Assembly (NCBI GenBank): GCA_943357985.1
Contig: CALRGR010000006.1
Location: 1 to 55,413 of the forward strand
DNA length: 55,413 nt
DNA from: Candidatus Levybacteria bacterium GW2011_GWA1_37_16
GTDB lineage: Bacteria > Patescibacteriota > Microgenomatia > Levybacterales > UBA12049
Direction of reading: 5' to 3'
Below are positions 19,627 to 27,792 of this stretch, piece after piece. A model generated the notes under the pieces. The model saw nothing but the letters and a program-made list of their open reading frames with translations, had not been told where the DNA came from and did no database searches. The position numbers were made by a program, and so were the translations under genes. Within the stretch, counting starts at the first letter, position 1, and every line of letters begins with the position of its first letter.

Positions 19627-19672
19627 CAGTTACCTTACTAAGTACCAAAAAAGATACCTACTAAGGTAACTG
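19627..19672. promoter_or_regulatory. palindromic operator, HxlR-like
   Basis: CAGTTACCTTA...TAAGGTAACTG; shares TACCTTACT and TACCTACTA with 33234-33258. Confidence 0.5.
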
Positions 19673-19782
19673 TCAATTTCCGCAAACAAATTGTTAATGT
19701 GCAAGAAAATAAAAAACTTGCCTAAAGAGACAAAAGATAGGCAGCAAAAAATTGCCAACGCTTATCTCTGAAAGAAGCCTGA

Positions 19783-19820
19783 ATATTAGCAGGTTTGGGG
19801 TGTAAGTCAAACTATAGGTT
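19783..19820 (-). promoter_or_regulatory. sigma70 promoter with an AACCTATAGTT box at the -35
   Basis: TTGACT-16 nt-(TG.)TAATAT. Confidence 0.5.
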
Positions 19821-19842
19821 TTTTAAATCGAGGCTGAAAGTG

Positions 19843-19916
19843 TGGGCCCAAGAGGATTCGAACCTCTGACCTTTGCAATGTCAATGCAACGCTCTAACCA
19901 ACTGAGCTATGAGCCC
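19843..19916 (-). tRNA. tRNA-Val(GAC)
   Basis: Cloverleaf; anticodon arm TTGCA-TTGACAT-TGCAA. Confidence 0.95.
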
Positions 19917-19939
19917 GTTTAACCATTTTACCATAACCA

Positions 19940-20428
19940 CTAGAATCTCTTGAATGGCAATGCCTGTAGGCTCTTGTAAGCCGGTAGGAGATAGGGTTGT
20001 TTGTAGTCCGGTATTCTTCTAAATGATGTTTGCGCTTGTGCATTTTCTCTGTCAAGCATCTCAACTAAATCCCCTACTGAATGATTGTCCGGAAAAGCGT
20101 CTAAAAGTTGACCGGGTAAATAAACAGAGCTTGGTATTTCTCTAATCCCCAAAAGTGGAGCGTATCTGGATCTATGGTGCCCGTCTATTATTAGTAGTTG
20201 AGTTGCGTTTCCTCTAAGCAATGCGCATGCAATAATAGGGTTTTTTGTAAGAAATTGTGTGTCAGCTTCCATTTCCTTTAATACGGATTTTCTCTTGGCT
20301 TTTGTAAACTCGTTTTCACTTTGCCTGCCAAACAGATAAGAAACAGGGATAATCATCCTTTGTCCCGAAATTAATATCTCGCGAAGTTTTAGTTCATCCG
20401 GATAACGTATTCTGGATTCTATAGACAT
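19940..20428 (-). CDS. ParB/Srx-like N-terminal domain protein
   Basis: PII...LIIDGHHR motif. Confidence 0.6.
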   Translation of the reverse strand: MSIESRIRYPDELKLREILISGQRMIIPVSYLFGRQSENEFTKAKRKSVLKEMEADTQFLTKNPIIACALLRGNATQLLIIDGHHRSRYAPLLGIREIPSSVYLPGQLLDAFPDNHSVGDLVEMLDRENAQAQTSFRRIPDYKQPYLLPAYKSLQALPFKRF

Positions 20429-20432
20429 AGAA

Positions 20433-21053
20433 TTATCCTGTTTGGGTGGCTACTGTGCGTTCATTTGAAAGACCAAATGATGTCCCATGTTTTTTAAATT
20501 GTGTCCAGTATTTCTTGTCTTTCTTGCTATGCATTGCAGACATCCAGCCAACCGATTCTTCAATTCTTATCCTTGCGGTCTTAACAAGAGAGTACATCCA
20601 TTCAAGTAAATTCTGGTGATATTTACCTGGTTTTACAATCTGTGTTTCCACTATAACGTCCTTAAATTGTGTCGCAAGCTCTTGGGAAGAGTCAGTCAAG
20701 CGTTTTATTTCAACAAGGATTTCCTCTACTCTTACTCTGATTTCATGGTCTTCTGAGGAAGATGCTTTGTCGGCATGAATTATTTCTCTTCTATAATCTA
20801 TTCCAGGCTCTATTGCAGCATCTTTTATTTTTTTAAGATCCAAGGCTTCTCCTTCATGTAATTCCCCGCCTCCTTTGTGTGGCTGCCTTTTTTGAGGTTC
20901 TATTCCAAACATTTGGCCAAAGAAGTCGGAAGCTCCAGCTCCTGCTAAATCTTTTACTAAAGTAGTACCTGTCCCCTGGATAATATTTCCTAAAGATTCC
21001 AGTGGATTTTGATTAATAAAATTTCTTTGTTGTTTTTTGTCTTGTTTGCTCAT
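20433..21053 (-). CDS. conserved hypothetical protein (DUF5660-like)
   Basis: NPLESL, PGKYH, YWTQFKKHGTSFGLSNER motifs; start at MSKQDKK. Confidence 0.6.
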   Translation of the reverse strand: MSKQDKKQQRNFINQNPLESLGNIIQGTGTTLVKDLAGAGASDFFGQMFGIEPQKRQPHKGGGELHEGEALDLKKIKDAAIEPGIDYRREIIHADKASSSEDHEIRVRVEEILVEIKRLTDSSQELATQFKDVIVETQIVKPGKYHQNLLEWMYSLVKTARIRIEESVGWMSAMHSKKDKKYWTQFKKHGTSFGLSNERTVATQTG

Positions 21054-21069
21054 GTTAGGCCTTAAACTA

Positions 21070-21897
21070 TCACAAACTCTTGAGGAAATCAAGCGTTTTT
21101 TGCTGTCTTAAAATGCTGGCTAGAAGATAGCTGTTTGCTTGCAAGCTTCTTTTTTCATTCTCATCTTTTGCCTTAGCGATGGCCTCATCAACGTCTTTAT
21201 GTTCCACAGTTATGTTTTCTTGCCTAGCAACTTCACCAAGAGCAAATTCAATCTTTATATCATTCTCTGCCTTTTGAGAATAATCATTTCTTAACTGCTC
21301 TGCGGTTTTACCTGTTGAGGCAAGATATTGCTCAAGAGACATTCCGAGTTTTTTTACTTCGTCTAAAGTTTGGGAAAGAAGTCTTTGAGTTTCCGTCTCA
21401 ATTATAAGAGCAGGTACTATTACTTTTGTGTTTTTAATAAGCTCTTCCATAATTTGATCAAAGTTGACTTCTTGTGGTTGTTTTCCAGGAATTACAATTT
21501 TACTTTTTGCTGTGATATTTTTTATTGCAGCTTTATAGTCTCCTAAGTCTATTTTTGGCGATTCGCAAGTCTCGGCAACAAAAGTTAAATCCTTTCCCTC
21601 TTCTAGCTTTTCAATGTGAACTCTTGGATTAACAATCGGGCTTAAGTTATGCTGCTTGACTGCAAAACTGTAGGCTTTCGGCAAAAGGGTTTTTAAAAGT
21701 TCTTCTTCTACTGACTGAGGATCAATTTTGTTCTCGACAAGTTTCTTAGGGGCTTTTCCTTTTCTAAAGCCAGGGACTTGAGTCTGTTTTGAATAGGCTT
21801 CGACAATTTCATCCCGTGTTTTTTTGAGTTCTGTTGCAGGAACGGTAATTGTAAGCGTAATCGTTCCATTTTCTTGTTTTTGAATAGTTGAGTTCAT
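21070..21897 (-). CDS. tig: trigger factor lacking the PPIase domain
   Basis: VPGFRKGKAP signature; only 275 aa. Confidence 0.9.
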   Translation of the reverse strand: MNSTIQKQENGTITLTITVPATELKKTRDEIVEAYSKQTQVPGFRKGKAPKKLVENKIDPQSVEEELLKTLLPKAYSFAVKQHNLSPIVNPRVHIEKLEEGKDLTFVAETCESPKIDLGDYKAAIKNITAKSKIVIPGKQPQEVNFDQIMEELIKNTKVIVPALIIETETQRLLSQTLDEVKKLGMSLEQYLASTGKTAEQLRNDYSQKAENDIKIEFALGEVARQENITVEHKDVDEAIAKAKDENEKRSLQANSYLLASILRQQKTLDFLKSL

Positions 21898-21906
21898 AAT
21901 ATTTGG

Positions 21907-21926
21907 CCTGCCTGCCGGCAGGCAGG
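21907..21926. repeat. perfect 20-bp REP-like palindrome
   Basis: CCTGCCTGCCGGCAGGCAGG abutting the tRNA-Leu 3' end. Confidence 0.85.
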
Positions 21927-22009
21927 TGCCCAGGGGGAGACTTGAACTCCCATAACCTTGCGGTCAATAGGTCCTAAACCTATCGCGTCTGCCATTTCGC
22001 CACCTGGGC
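21927..22009 (-). tRNA. tRNA-Leu(TAG)
   Basis: ATAGG-TTTAGGA-CCTAT arm; long variable arm. Confidence 0.95.
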
Positions 22010-22045
22010 GTAGTGACCCTGATGCAGAAACTCATTATATAGACT

Positions 22046-22600
22046 TTAGATAGAAATGGAAAGCGTATCTTGAGGGTTTCTAAGTCTGTACGCTTCAATT
22101 TGGTTCATGAAAGACTGTACTCTAACTGCCCATGTAGGAGAAGAGGCATATATTGCTCCAATTTCCCAAATATCTTTTGCTCCCCAACCATCTATGTATC
22201 TAACTCTTAGTCCTTGCGAAACAGTATCAATTCCTTGATCCCAAGAAGTAAAGTTTATTACGTTATCTCCATAAACTCCCCATCCCCAACCGTTATATGA
22301 ATTATAAGGGATTTGCTGTCCAAACGTAGATTCTAAGCCTGAAATAGCCGCAACAAATTTCCAGTCAAGGTCATATTTGTCAGCGTTTGCAACAAATGTT
22401 TTAGCATGAGGTGCAAGCGGAGAATTGTATTTTTCAAGATACTTTCTGAGTGTTTTTACACGTGTGTCTTCTGGTGTAGCTTCATTTATGCTTGCAAGCA
22501 CAGCAGAAGTTCCAGCAGCTTTTTCTTTTGCTAAAGCGCTTTTGGGGGAAACGAAAGAAAGAATTAAGACTAAGAGAAAAAACAATATAAGTCTTTTCAT
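22046..22600 (-). CDS. secreted lysozyme-like/glucosaminidase-domain protein
   Basis: Signal peptide; YNSPL, AAISGLESTFG, NGWGWG. Confidence 0.7.
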   Translation of the reverse strand: MKRLILFFLLVLILSFVSPKSALAKEKAAGTSAVLASINEATPEDTRVKTLRKYLEKYNSPLAPHAKTFVANADKYDLDWKFVAAISGLESTFGQQIPYNSYNGWGWGVYGDNVINFTSWDQGIDTVSQGLRVRYIDGWGAKDIWEIGAIYASSPTWAVRVQSFMNQIEAYRLRNPQDTLSISI

Positions 22601-22628
22601 AAATCTGTTGACCTAAATTTAGGCCAAT

Positions 22629-22672
22629 AAAAAATCCTAACGTACGCATGTATAAGACGCATACCTTAGGAT
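22629..22672 (-). terminator. hairpin plus U tract in the 5' leader of the gene starting at 22600
   Basis: ATCCTAA..GTATGC..GCGTAC..TTAGGAT-TTTTT. Confidence 0.55.
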
Positions 22673-22681
22673 CTATTACAG

Positions 22682-22727
22682 ACTATATCAAATAACTATA
22701 GGTTTGTCAAGCCCCTAACTATAGGTT
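22682..22727 (-). promoter_or_regulatory. sigma70 promoter with two AACCTATAGTT boxes flanking the -35
   Basis: TTGACA-17 nt-(TG.)TATAGT; boxes at 22694-22704 and 22717-22727. Confidence 0.65.
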
Positions 22728-22780
22728 AGAAAGATATCCGAACTGGGCTAAATTAAGGCTAAGAAGGGTTTTTGGAAAGA

Positions 22781-23371
22781 TTATAGGGATAAGGAAGATA
22801 GAGACAAGACTCCCATGAAGTGATTTACGGAGTCTGCCCAGTCCCCTTTATTGTAAGGGGTATATTTGGTTTGTATTTGCTCAGGGGTTTCAAGTCCCTT
22901 GCCTATGTATTGTAACGCTAGAGTTTTGCTAACCGAATTAATTGCTTGTCCATAATCATCAAAGGTTGTCATTTTCTTACCATAAATTCCAAATCCCCAG
23001 CAATTATTAGAATCTTTTTTTATTTTTTTACATAGGTTTGATTCTTGCATTGCAATTGCAGGAAGAAGCCTAAAGTCAATATTGTACTTGTCTGCAGCAG
23101 TTACAACATTTTGAGCAAAAGGCCCAAGCGGAGATTTGTATTGGTTGAAAAAATCCTTAACAATTTCAACTCGTGCGTCTTTTTGGTCTATTATTCCAGT
23201 TAGGTTATTTTCGGCTGATGGTAACGCTGCATAGGCTGCAGACTGTGCTGAGGCTGAAAGTGTATTTAGGTGATGGAACTGGTAGGAAATGTAAGAAAGG
23301 TAAAAGGCGCTTGTAAGAAGAAGAATTGGGGGTACGAAAAAGAATATAGTGAGCAGGGCTATCTTTCTCAT
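22781..23371 (-). CDS. membrane-anchored lysozyme-like/glucosaminidase-domain protein, paralog of 22046..22600
   Basis: YKSPL, PAIAMQESNL, NCWGFG. Confidence 0.7.
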   Translation of the reverse strand: MRKIALLTIFFFVPPILLLTSAFYLSYISYQFHHLNTLSASAQSAAYAALPSAENNLTGIIDQKDARVEIVKDFFNQYKSPLGPFAQNVVTAADKYNIDFRLLPAIAMQESNLCKKIKKDSNNCWGFGIYGKKMTTFDDYGQAINSVSKTLALQYIGKGLETPEQIQTKYTPYNKGDWADSVNHFMGVLSLSSLSL

Positions 23372-23439
23372 GTGTAACTAATTATATTGCCATAGAGTGC
23401 TTATGTTGTCAAGTTTTAAGCGTGATATAATCATAAAAC

Positions 23440-23522
23440 GCCCGGGTGATGAAATGGTAGACATGCAACGTTCAGAACGTTGTTCCCGCAAGGGAATGAA
23501 GGTTCAAGTCCTTTCCCGGGCA
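23440..23522 (+). tRNA. tRNA-Leu(CAG)
   Basis: CAACG-TTCAGAA-CGTTG arm; long variable arm. Confidence 0.95.
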
Positions 23523-23541
23523 CTTATGCTACAATAGCGTC

Positions 23542-24345
23542 ATGCCTGAAGCTGGAGAATCGTCTATTGATGTTCTGTCCTCACAAGGAAAATTGGCAAC
23601 TTAATCACAGAAAGCCCAACAGTCGATTCAACTGTTGTCCGAATATATCACAGGACAAAAATTAATACCCGAAGAGTTGAGACCTTTTTTGGGACAAAAC
23701 ATAGAGAAACTGGGTTATTCTTTTACTGATAACACTTTAGGCAAAGTAAGAAAGTTTCATCAAGACTTTCGAAGAAAAGATGGTTTCCCTGTAGAATTCA
23801 CACCTGTTGACGTATTATTCCTAGCAAACCGCGTAGTAGATATGAGCCTTCCGGAAATAGGGAAGGCAGTAGGTGTAGGCAGAGAAACTATACGGAAGAT
23901 TTTTAAATATGCACAGTTGCCTTATGTAAAATCAGAAGAGGCTCATAAGAGAGACCTTAGGATTGGAAATGGCATCTACGCAACTGATCCAGAAACTGGT
24001 TTGACATATGGAGAGATTAATAGGAATAGAGTAGCGCATCTTGGTGGACAGGTAAGTAGTAGTCTCGCAAAGGAAAGGGGCACTGGAATTTTTGCCGTAG
24101 ATCCAGAGACAGCCGAGAAGTGGAATGTAATCAATGGGAGAAAACAAGCTAGGGAAAAATTAGGTATGTATGGAATAGATCCTGAAACAGGAGAAAGATG
24201 GGTTGTTATTGGTTCTCGAAATGGAGCTTCAAGGGGTGGTAGGAGATCATACGAGTTAAGAAAGGGCATACATGCATTATCAAGTGATCAAAAAAAAGAA
24301 GCGGGGAAATTAAGTATCTTAAGTCGTAAACAGAAAAGTGACTGA
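23542..24345 (+). pseudogene. HTH plus repeat protein interrupted by an in-frame TAA at 23602-23604 (or intact from TTG 23635)
   Basis: Leaderless-type ATG 23542 is in frame with ORF 23635..24345; SLPEIGKAVGVGRETI HTH; GIxxxDPET repeats. Confidence 0.55.
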
Positions 24346-24364
24346 GGAAGTTTGCAAATTCTGA

Positions 24365-25306
24365 CTAGCTTTTAGGCTCTTCCAGGATTACTTCTATGTT
24401 TTTGAGGTCAAGTCTTGATTTGTGGAAGAAATATCCAACAGTCCCAAACGTAATTACAGGTGAAAGCCACGCAGGGATATGGAAGCCAAAGCTATCAAAG
24501 ATCATAATTGTACCTAGGAATAAGATAGAATACATTGCTCCATTTTTAAGATATTTATATTTTTTAATTCTATCTATGTTGCTTAATGTAAGCTTTCTAA
24601 GAACAAGCGCTCCTAAGCCGTTTCCTAGAAGAATTAGCGGTATAGAAAATGTAAATGCAAAAGCTCCAATTACACCATCTATGGAAAATGTTGAATCTAA
24701 AACTTCAAGGTAAGCAATTTTGGAAACGTCAGACATTCCTCCACCCAATAGTTTCTTTTCCTGCTGTTCTGCAAAATTACGGAATCCGTGAATTATGAAA
24801 AAAGCTGTAGAGCCAAGAATTGCAGCAAATCCAAGCATCGAATCTTTTTGTAGAGCAAACCAGACAATTATAGTAAGAAGAACCGAAACAATTGCAAAAA
24901 ACCAGGCTCCTTGTGCATGAAAAAACTTTTCTGCTCTAAGACCAAAATTTTTAGGTTCTAAAAAGAGCCAGCTGAAAAATAGAAAAATTAGAAATACTCC
25001 CCCACCAAGAAGAAGCAGAGGAGAAGATTTTTCAATAGCTTCCATTACGTTTGGATCATTTGAAAACGCGGCGGTAATAACTCCCATTGGTCCAAGGCTG
25101 GGGTTTGCAATGAATACTATTAGGAAAGGCAGAAGTCCACGGACAACAAAGACGGCAAATAGGAAGCCCCACAAAAGAAACCAGCGGCGGGCTTTCTTGC
25201 TCATGTTGGATAAGACTTCTGCGTTGATTATGGCGTTATCAACGCTTGTTATGATCTCAAAAAGGGAAAGCCCTAGGACGGTTAATATGATAAAAGCAAT
25301 TTCCAT
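24365..25306 (-). CDS. DUF475 / TerC-family membrane protein
   Basis: EIITSVDNAIINA, YLEVLDSTFSIDGVIGAFA. Confidence 0.85.
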   Translation of the reverse strand: MEIAFIILTVLGLSLFEIITSVDNAIINAEVLSNMSKKARRWFLLWGFLFAVFVVRGLLPFLIVFIANPSLGPMGVITAAFSNDPNVMEAIEKSSPLLLLGGGVFLIFLFFSWLFLEPKNFGLRAEKFFHAQGAWFFAIVSVLLTIIVWFALQKDSMLGFAAILGSTAFFIIHGFRNFAEQQEKKLLGGGMSDVSKIAYLEVLDSTFSIDGVIGAFAFTFSIPLILLGNGLGALVLRKLTLSNIDRIKKYKYLKNGAMYSILFLGTIMIFDSFGFHIPAWLSPVITFGTVGYFFHKSRLDLKNIEVILEEPKS

Positions 25307-25370
25307 AAAAATTGATTATATCAGTTTTCTTGAATTCGAGCCTTTTATCTTGTAGAATAATAACTCACGA

Positions 25371-25453
25371 GCGGACGTGGTGAAATGGTATACACGCAGC
25401 CTTGAGGTGGCTGTGCCTTAAAAAGCGTGAAGGTTCAAGTCCTTTCGTCCGCA
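25371..25453 (+). tRNA. tRNA-Leu(GAG)
   Basis: CAGCC-TTGAGGT-GGCTG arm. Confidence 0.94.
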
Positions 25454-25456
25454 CAT

Positions 25457-25532
25457 GGATCCATGGCTCAGCTGGTAGAGCGTCTCATTTACACTGAGAA
25501 GGTCAGAGGTTCGAATCCTCTTGGGTCCACCA
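25457..25532 (+). tRNA. tRNA-Val(TAC)
   Basis: TCTCA-TTTACAC-TGAGA arm; encoded CCA. Confidence 0.95.
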
Positions 25533-25558
25533 AATTATTATTGTATAATAGGTTTCTT

Positions 25559-25631
25559 GCCGAAGTTGCCAATGTGGTCAAGGCGCGTGTCTGAAGAACA
25601 CGTTATTGGTGTTCGATTCACCACTTCGGCA
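25559..25631 (+). tRNA. tRNA-Phe(GAA)
   Basis: CGTGT-CTGAAGA-ACACG arm. Confidence 0.92.
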
Positions 25632-25636
25632 CTCAT

Positions 25637-25710
25637 GCGGGTGTAGTACAATGGCAGTACACCTGGTTGCCAATCAGGTTACGAGGGTTCGATTCCCTTC
25701 ACCCGCTCCA
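25637..25710 (+). tRNA. tRNA-Gly(GCC)
   Basis: CCTGG-TTGCCAA-TCAGG arm; encoded CCA. Confidence 0.95.
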
Positions 25711-25727
25711 GAGTCAACCTAATATCT

Positions 25728-25798
25728 TGGGAGATCGTCTAATGGTAGGACAACAGACTTTGGATCTGTTTATCATGGTTCGAATCCATGTCTCCCAG
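25728..25798 (+). tRNA. tRNA-Gln(TTG)
   Basis: ACAGA-CTTTGGA-TCTGT arm. Confidence 0.94.
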
Positions 25799-25799
25799 C

Positions 25800-25875
25800 T
25801 CTTCGTCGTTTCACTCCTCAGAGTCTTCGACTCAATAAATAACGACGAAGACATTGAGGAACGCAGTGACGAAAT
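25800..25875. repeat. nested REP-like inverted repeats
   Basis: TCTTCGTCGTT/AACGACGAAGA, GAGTC-TTC-GACTC, and TTCGTC..TCCTCA/TGAGGA..GACGAA. Confidence 0.65.
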
Positions 25876-25888
25876 GATAAATTAATCT

Positions 25889-26137
25889 ATGGCTTTCTTT
25901 GTATATATTCTCCAGTGCGTAGATAAAACATACTATGTTGGTTGTACAAACAATCTTGAGAAGAGATTTATCGAGCATAACACATCTAAGAAAGGCTCTC
26001 ATTATACAAAGATTCGAAGGCCGGTTGCATTAAAGCATTCCGAAGAATTTACAACTTTAATTGAGGCACGACGTAGGGAGTTAGAAATAACAGGTTGGCG
26101 TAGAGCAAAAAAGGAAAATTTAGTTAAATCTATCTAG
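25889..26137 (+). CDS. small GIY-YIG nuclease (UPF0213-like)
   Basis: FVYIL...YYVG.TNNLEKR..EHN...YTK.RRP...ARRRE. Confidence 0.9.
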   Translation: MAFFVYILQCVDKTYYVGCTNNLEKRFIEHNTSKKGSHYTKIRRPVALKHSEEFTTLIEARRRELEITGWRRAKKENLVKSI

Positions 26138-27320
26138 TGCTCCAGCCGTTTTCTTTAAGAGTTGACAATGCGTAAAAACGCGAAGGCATTAAAAATATTA
26201 CATGTATAAAACCATAAATTAGAAAAAGAAAAAATCCTAAGTCTCCGGTTCTGTATATTCCATAAAGCAATCTTGTTGTTGAAATTAAAAAGAGCAAGGT
26301 TATGTAAATAATGGCAGTGTTAACACTAGCAAAGAAAGCCGTATAAATTATTGCAGCCATAACAACAAGAGACATATATGGGAGTACTAACTGCATTAAC
26401 ATGTCATATACCATATAGAAATGTCTTGTTGGAACATTTTTTAGAGTCCATAATAGTTCTCTGTAAAAACTTTTATTCCATCTAATTTGTTGTTTTATGT
26501 ACCCTCTCATAGTACTTGGCACATGAGTATATGCAATCGCATTTTTTTCAAAACGTACAATATGTCCATCTTGCAAAACCAGATTTGTTAAATGTCTGTC
26601 GTCTCCGTAAGTGGAAACATGTCCAAGAAATGTTTGGGTAACATATTGTTCTTTTATTTTTTTAATAATTGATGCTCTGTAAGCAGAAAATGGTCCAGAG
26701 CAACACATTACAGCATTGAAATTACTCTGAGCAGCTCTCTCTTGATTAAAAGCTATCCAATATCTATAGAGAATGAGTTTTGTAAGTAGATTCTCGTCTT
26801 TATTAAGTACTTTTACATCTCCCGTAGCAGCGCCAACATTAGGATTTCTAAATTGTTTGATAATAGTATTTATTCCGTTTATTGGATCTATAACAGTATC
26901 TGAATCAATTGTAACAATTATATCTCCTGTAGATTTATCAAATCCTAATTTTTGAGCAAATCTTTTCCCTTTATTTTTTTCAAAAATAAAAACATCAAAA
27001 TTAGGCATTTTTTTGTATTTATTTAAAACTGGAAGAAGTTCTTTTATGTTTTTTGATCCGTCGTCTATAACTATTGTATTCAACTTGCCTAAAATTTGTT
27101 GATTGGTAATAGACTTAAGACAGCTTTCAAGTAGTTTGGGGTCTTCATTGTAGCAAGGAATAATTACAGTAACGGATAATTTGCTTTCTGAATTATCATG
27201 GGAAGATTTAAAGGCGTTTTGCTTTCTGCTATTTTTTTGTGCAAAAAACAGTTGCATTGATGTATAAAACAAAACTAGCATTGTATAAAAGCCTATGTAA
27301 AGATATATAAAGTTAATCAT
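26130..27320 (-). CDS. processive GT2 glycosyltransferase, hyaluronan synthase/NodC-like
   Basis: DDGS, GKR, DSDT, ERAAQS, CSGP, GDDRHLTN, QQIRWNKSFYRE. Confidence 0.85.
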   Translation of the reverse strand: MINFIYLYIGFYTMLVLFYTSMQLFFAQKNSRKQNAFKSSHDNSESKLSVTVIIPCYNEDPKLLESCLKSITNQQILGKLNTIVIDDGSKNIKELLPVLNKYKKMPNFDVFIFEKNKGKRFAQKLGFDKSTGDIIVTIDSDTVIDPINGINTIIKQFRNPNVGAATGDVKVLNKDENLLTKLILYRYWIAFNQERAAQSNFNAVMCCSGPFSAYRASIIKKIKEQYVTQTFLGHVSTYGDDRHLTNLVLQDGHIVRFEKNAIAYTHVPSTMRGYIKQQIRWNKSFYRELLWTLKNVPTRHFYMVYDMLMQLVLPYMSLVVMAAIIYTAFFASVNTAIIYITLLFLISTTRLLYGIYRTGDLGFFLFLIYGFIHVIFLMPSRFYALSTLKENGWSTR

Positions 27321-27465
27321 TTTAATTTTTATAGATAGTCCAGGTGGTGAATAAGATATTCAAATCCTGGAAAAAAAGATGGGAAGAATGAAGTGCGGAT
27401 TAAAATCGGAACTACACAATTACTATCTCTAGTCTTATTATACCCTTTTGGCCTAAAATTAGATA

Positions 27466-27792
27466 CTATGAGTTTTGTTTCTTCAAGCTTCTAAGAAGAG
27501 ATAGCACTTTTCCTTTTTTTATCTTCAATCTTCTTATTTCTCCACCTGGTAGTTCAATAACTTTATTATAGATAGGGTTCCATAGGAAAATTCTGTTTTG
27601 TTTTAGGTTCGTCTTGATTTTAACTACTTTTTTCGAATTGTCCAAAACTAAAACATCTATTGGAAATCTTAATCCAAATGTATGAATTCCAAATCTTGTT
27701 TCAATTAAAACCGGAGATGCATATTTTTCAAACAGGAGCCCCAGCGATTTTTCTTTAAAGCCATTGAGGATCTTAAGTTTAATTTGAATCAT
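27466..27792 (-). CDS. DUF192 family protein
   Basis: LGLL...GIHTFGLRFPIDVL...VIELP. Confidence 0.8.
   Translation of the reverse strand: MIQIKLKILNGFKEKSLGLLFEKYASPVLIETRFGIHTFGLRFPIDVLVLDNSKKVVKIKTNLKQNRIFLWNPIYNKVIELPGGEIRRLKIKKGKVLSLLRSLKKQNS

Larger units (their letters stand above)
19166..19709. mobile_element. inverted-repeat-bounded cassette (invertible segment or non-autonomous element)
   Basis: IRs at 19166-19195 and 19678-19709: TTTTCTTGCAC(G/ATT)AACA(T/A)TTTGTTTGCGGAA. Confidence 0.55.
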
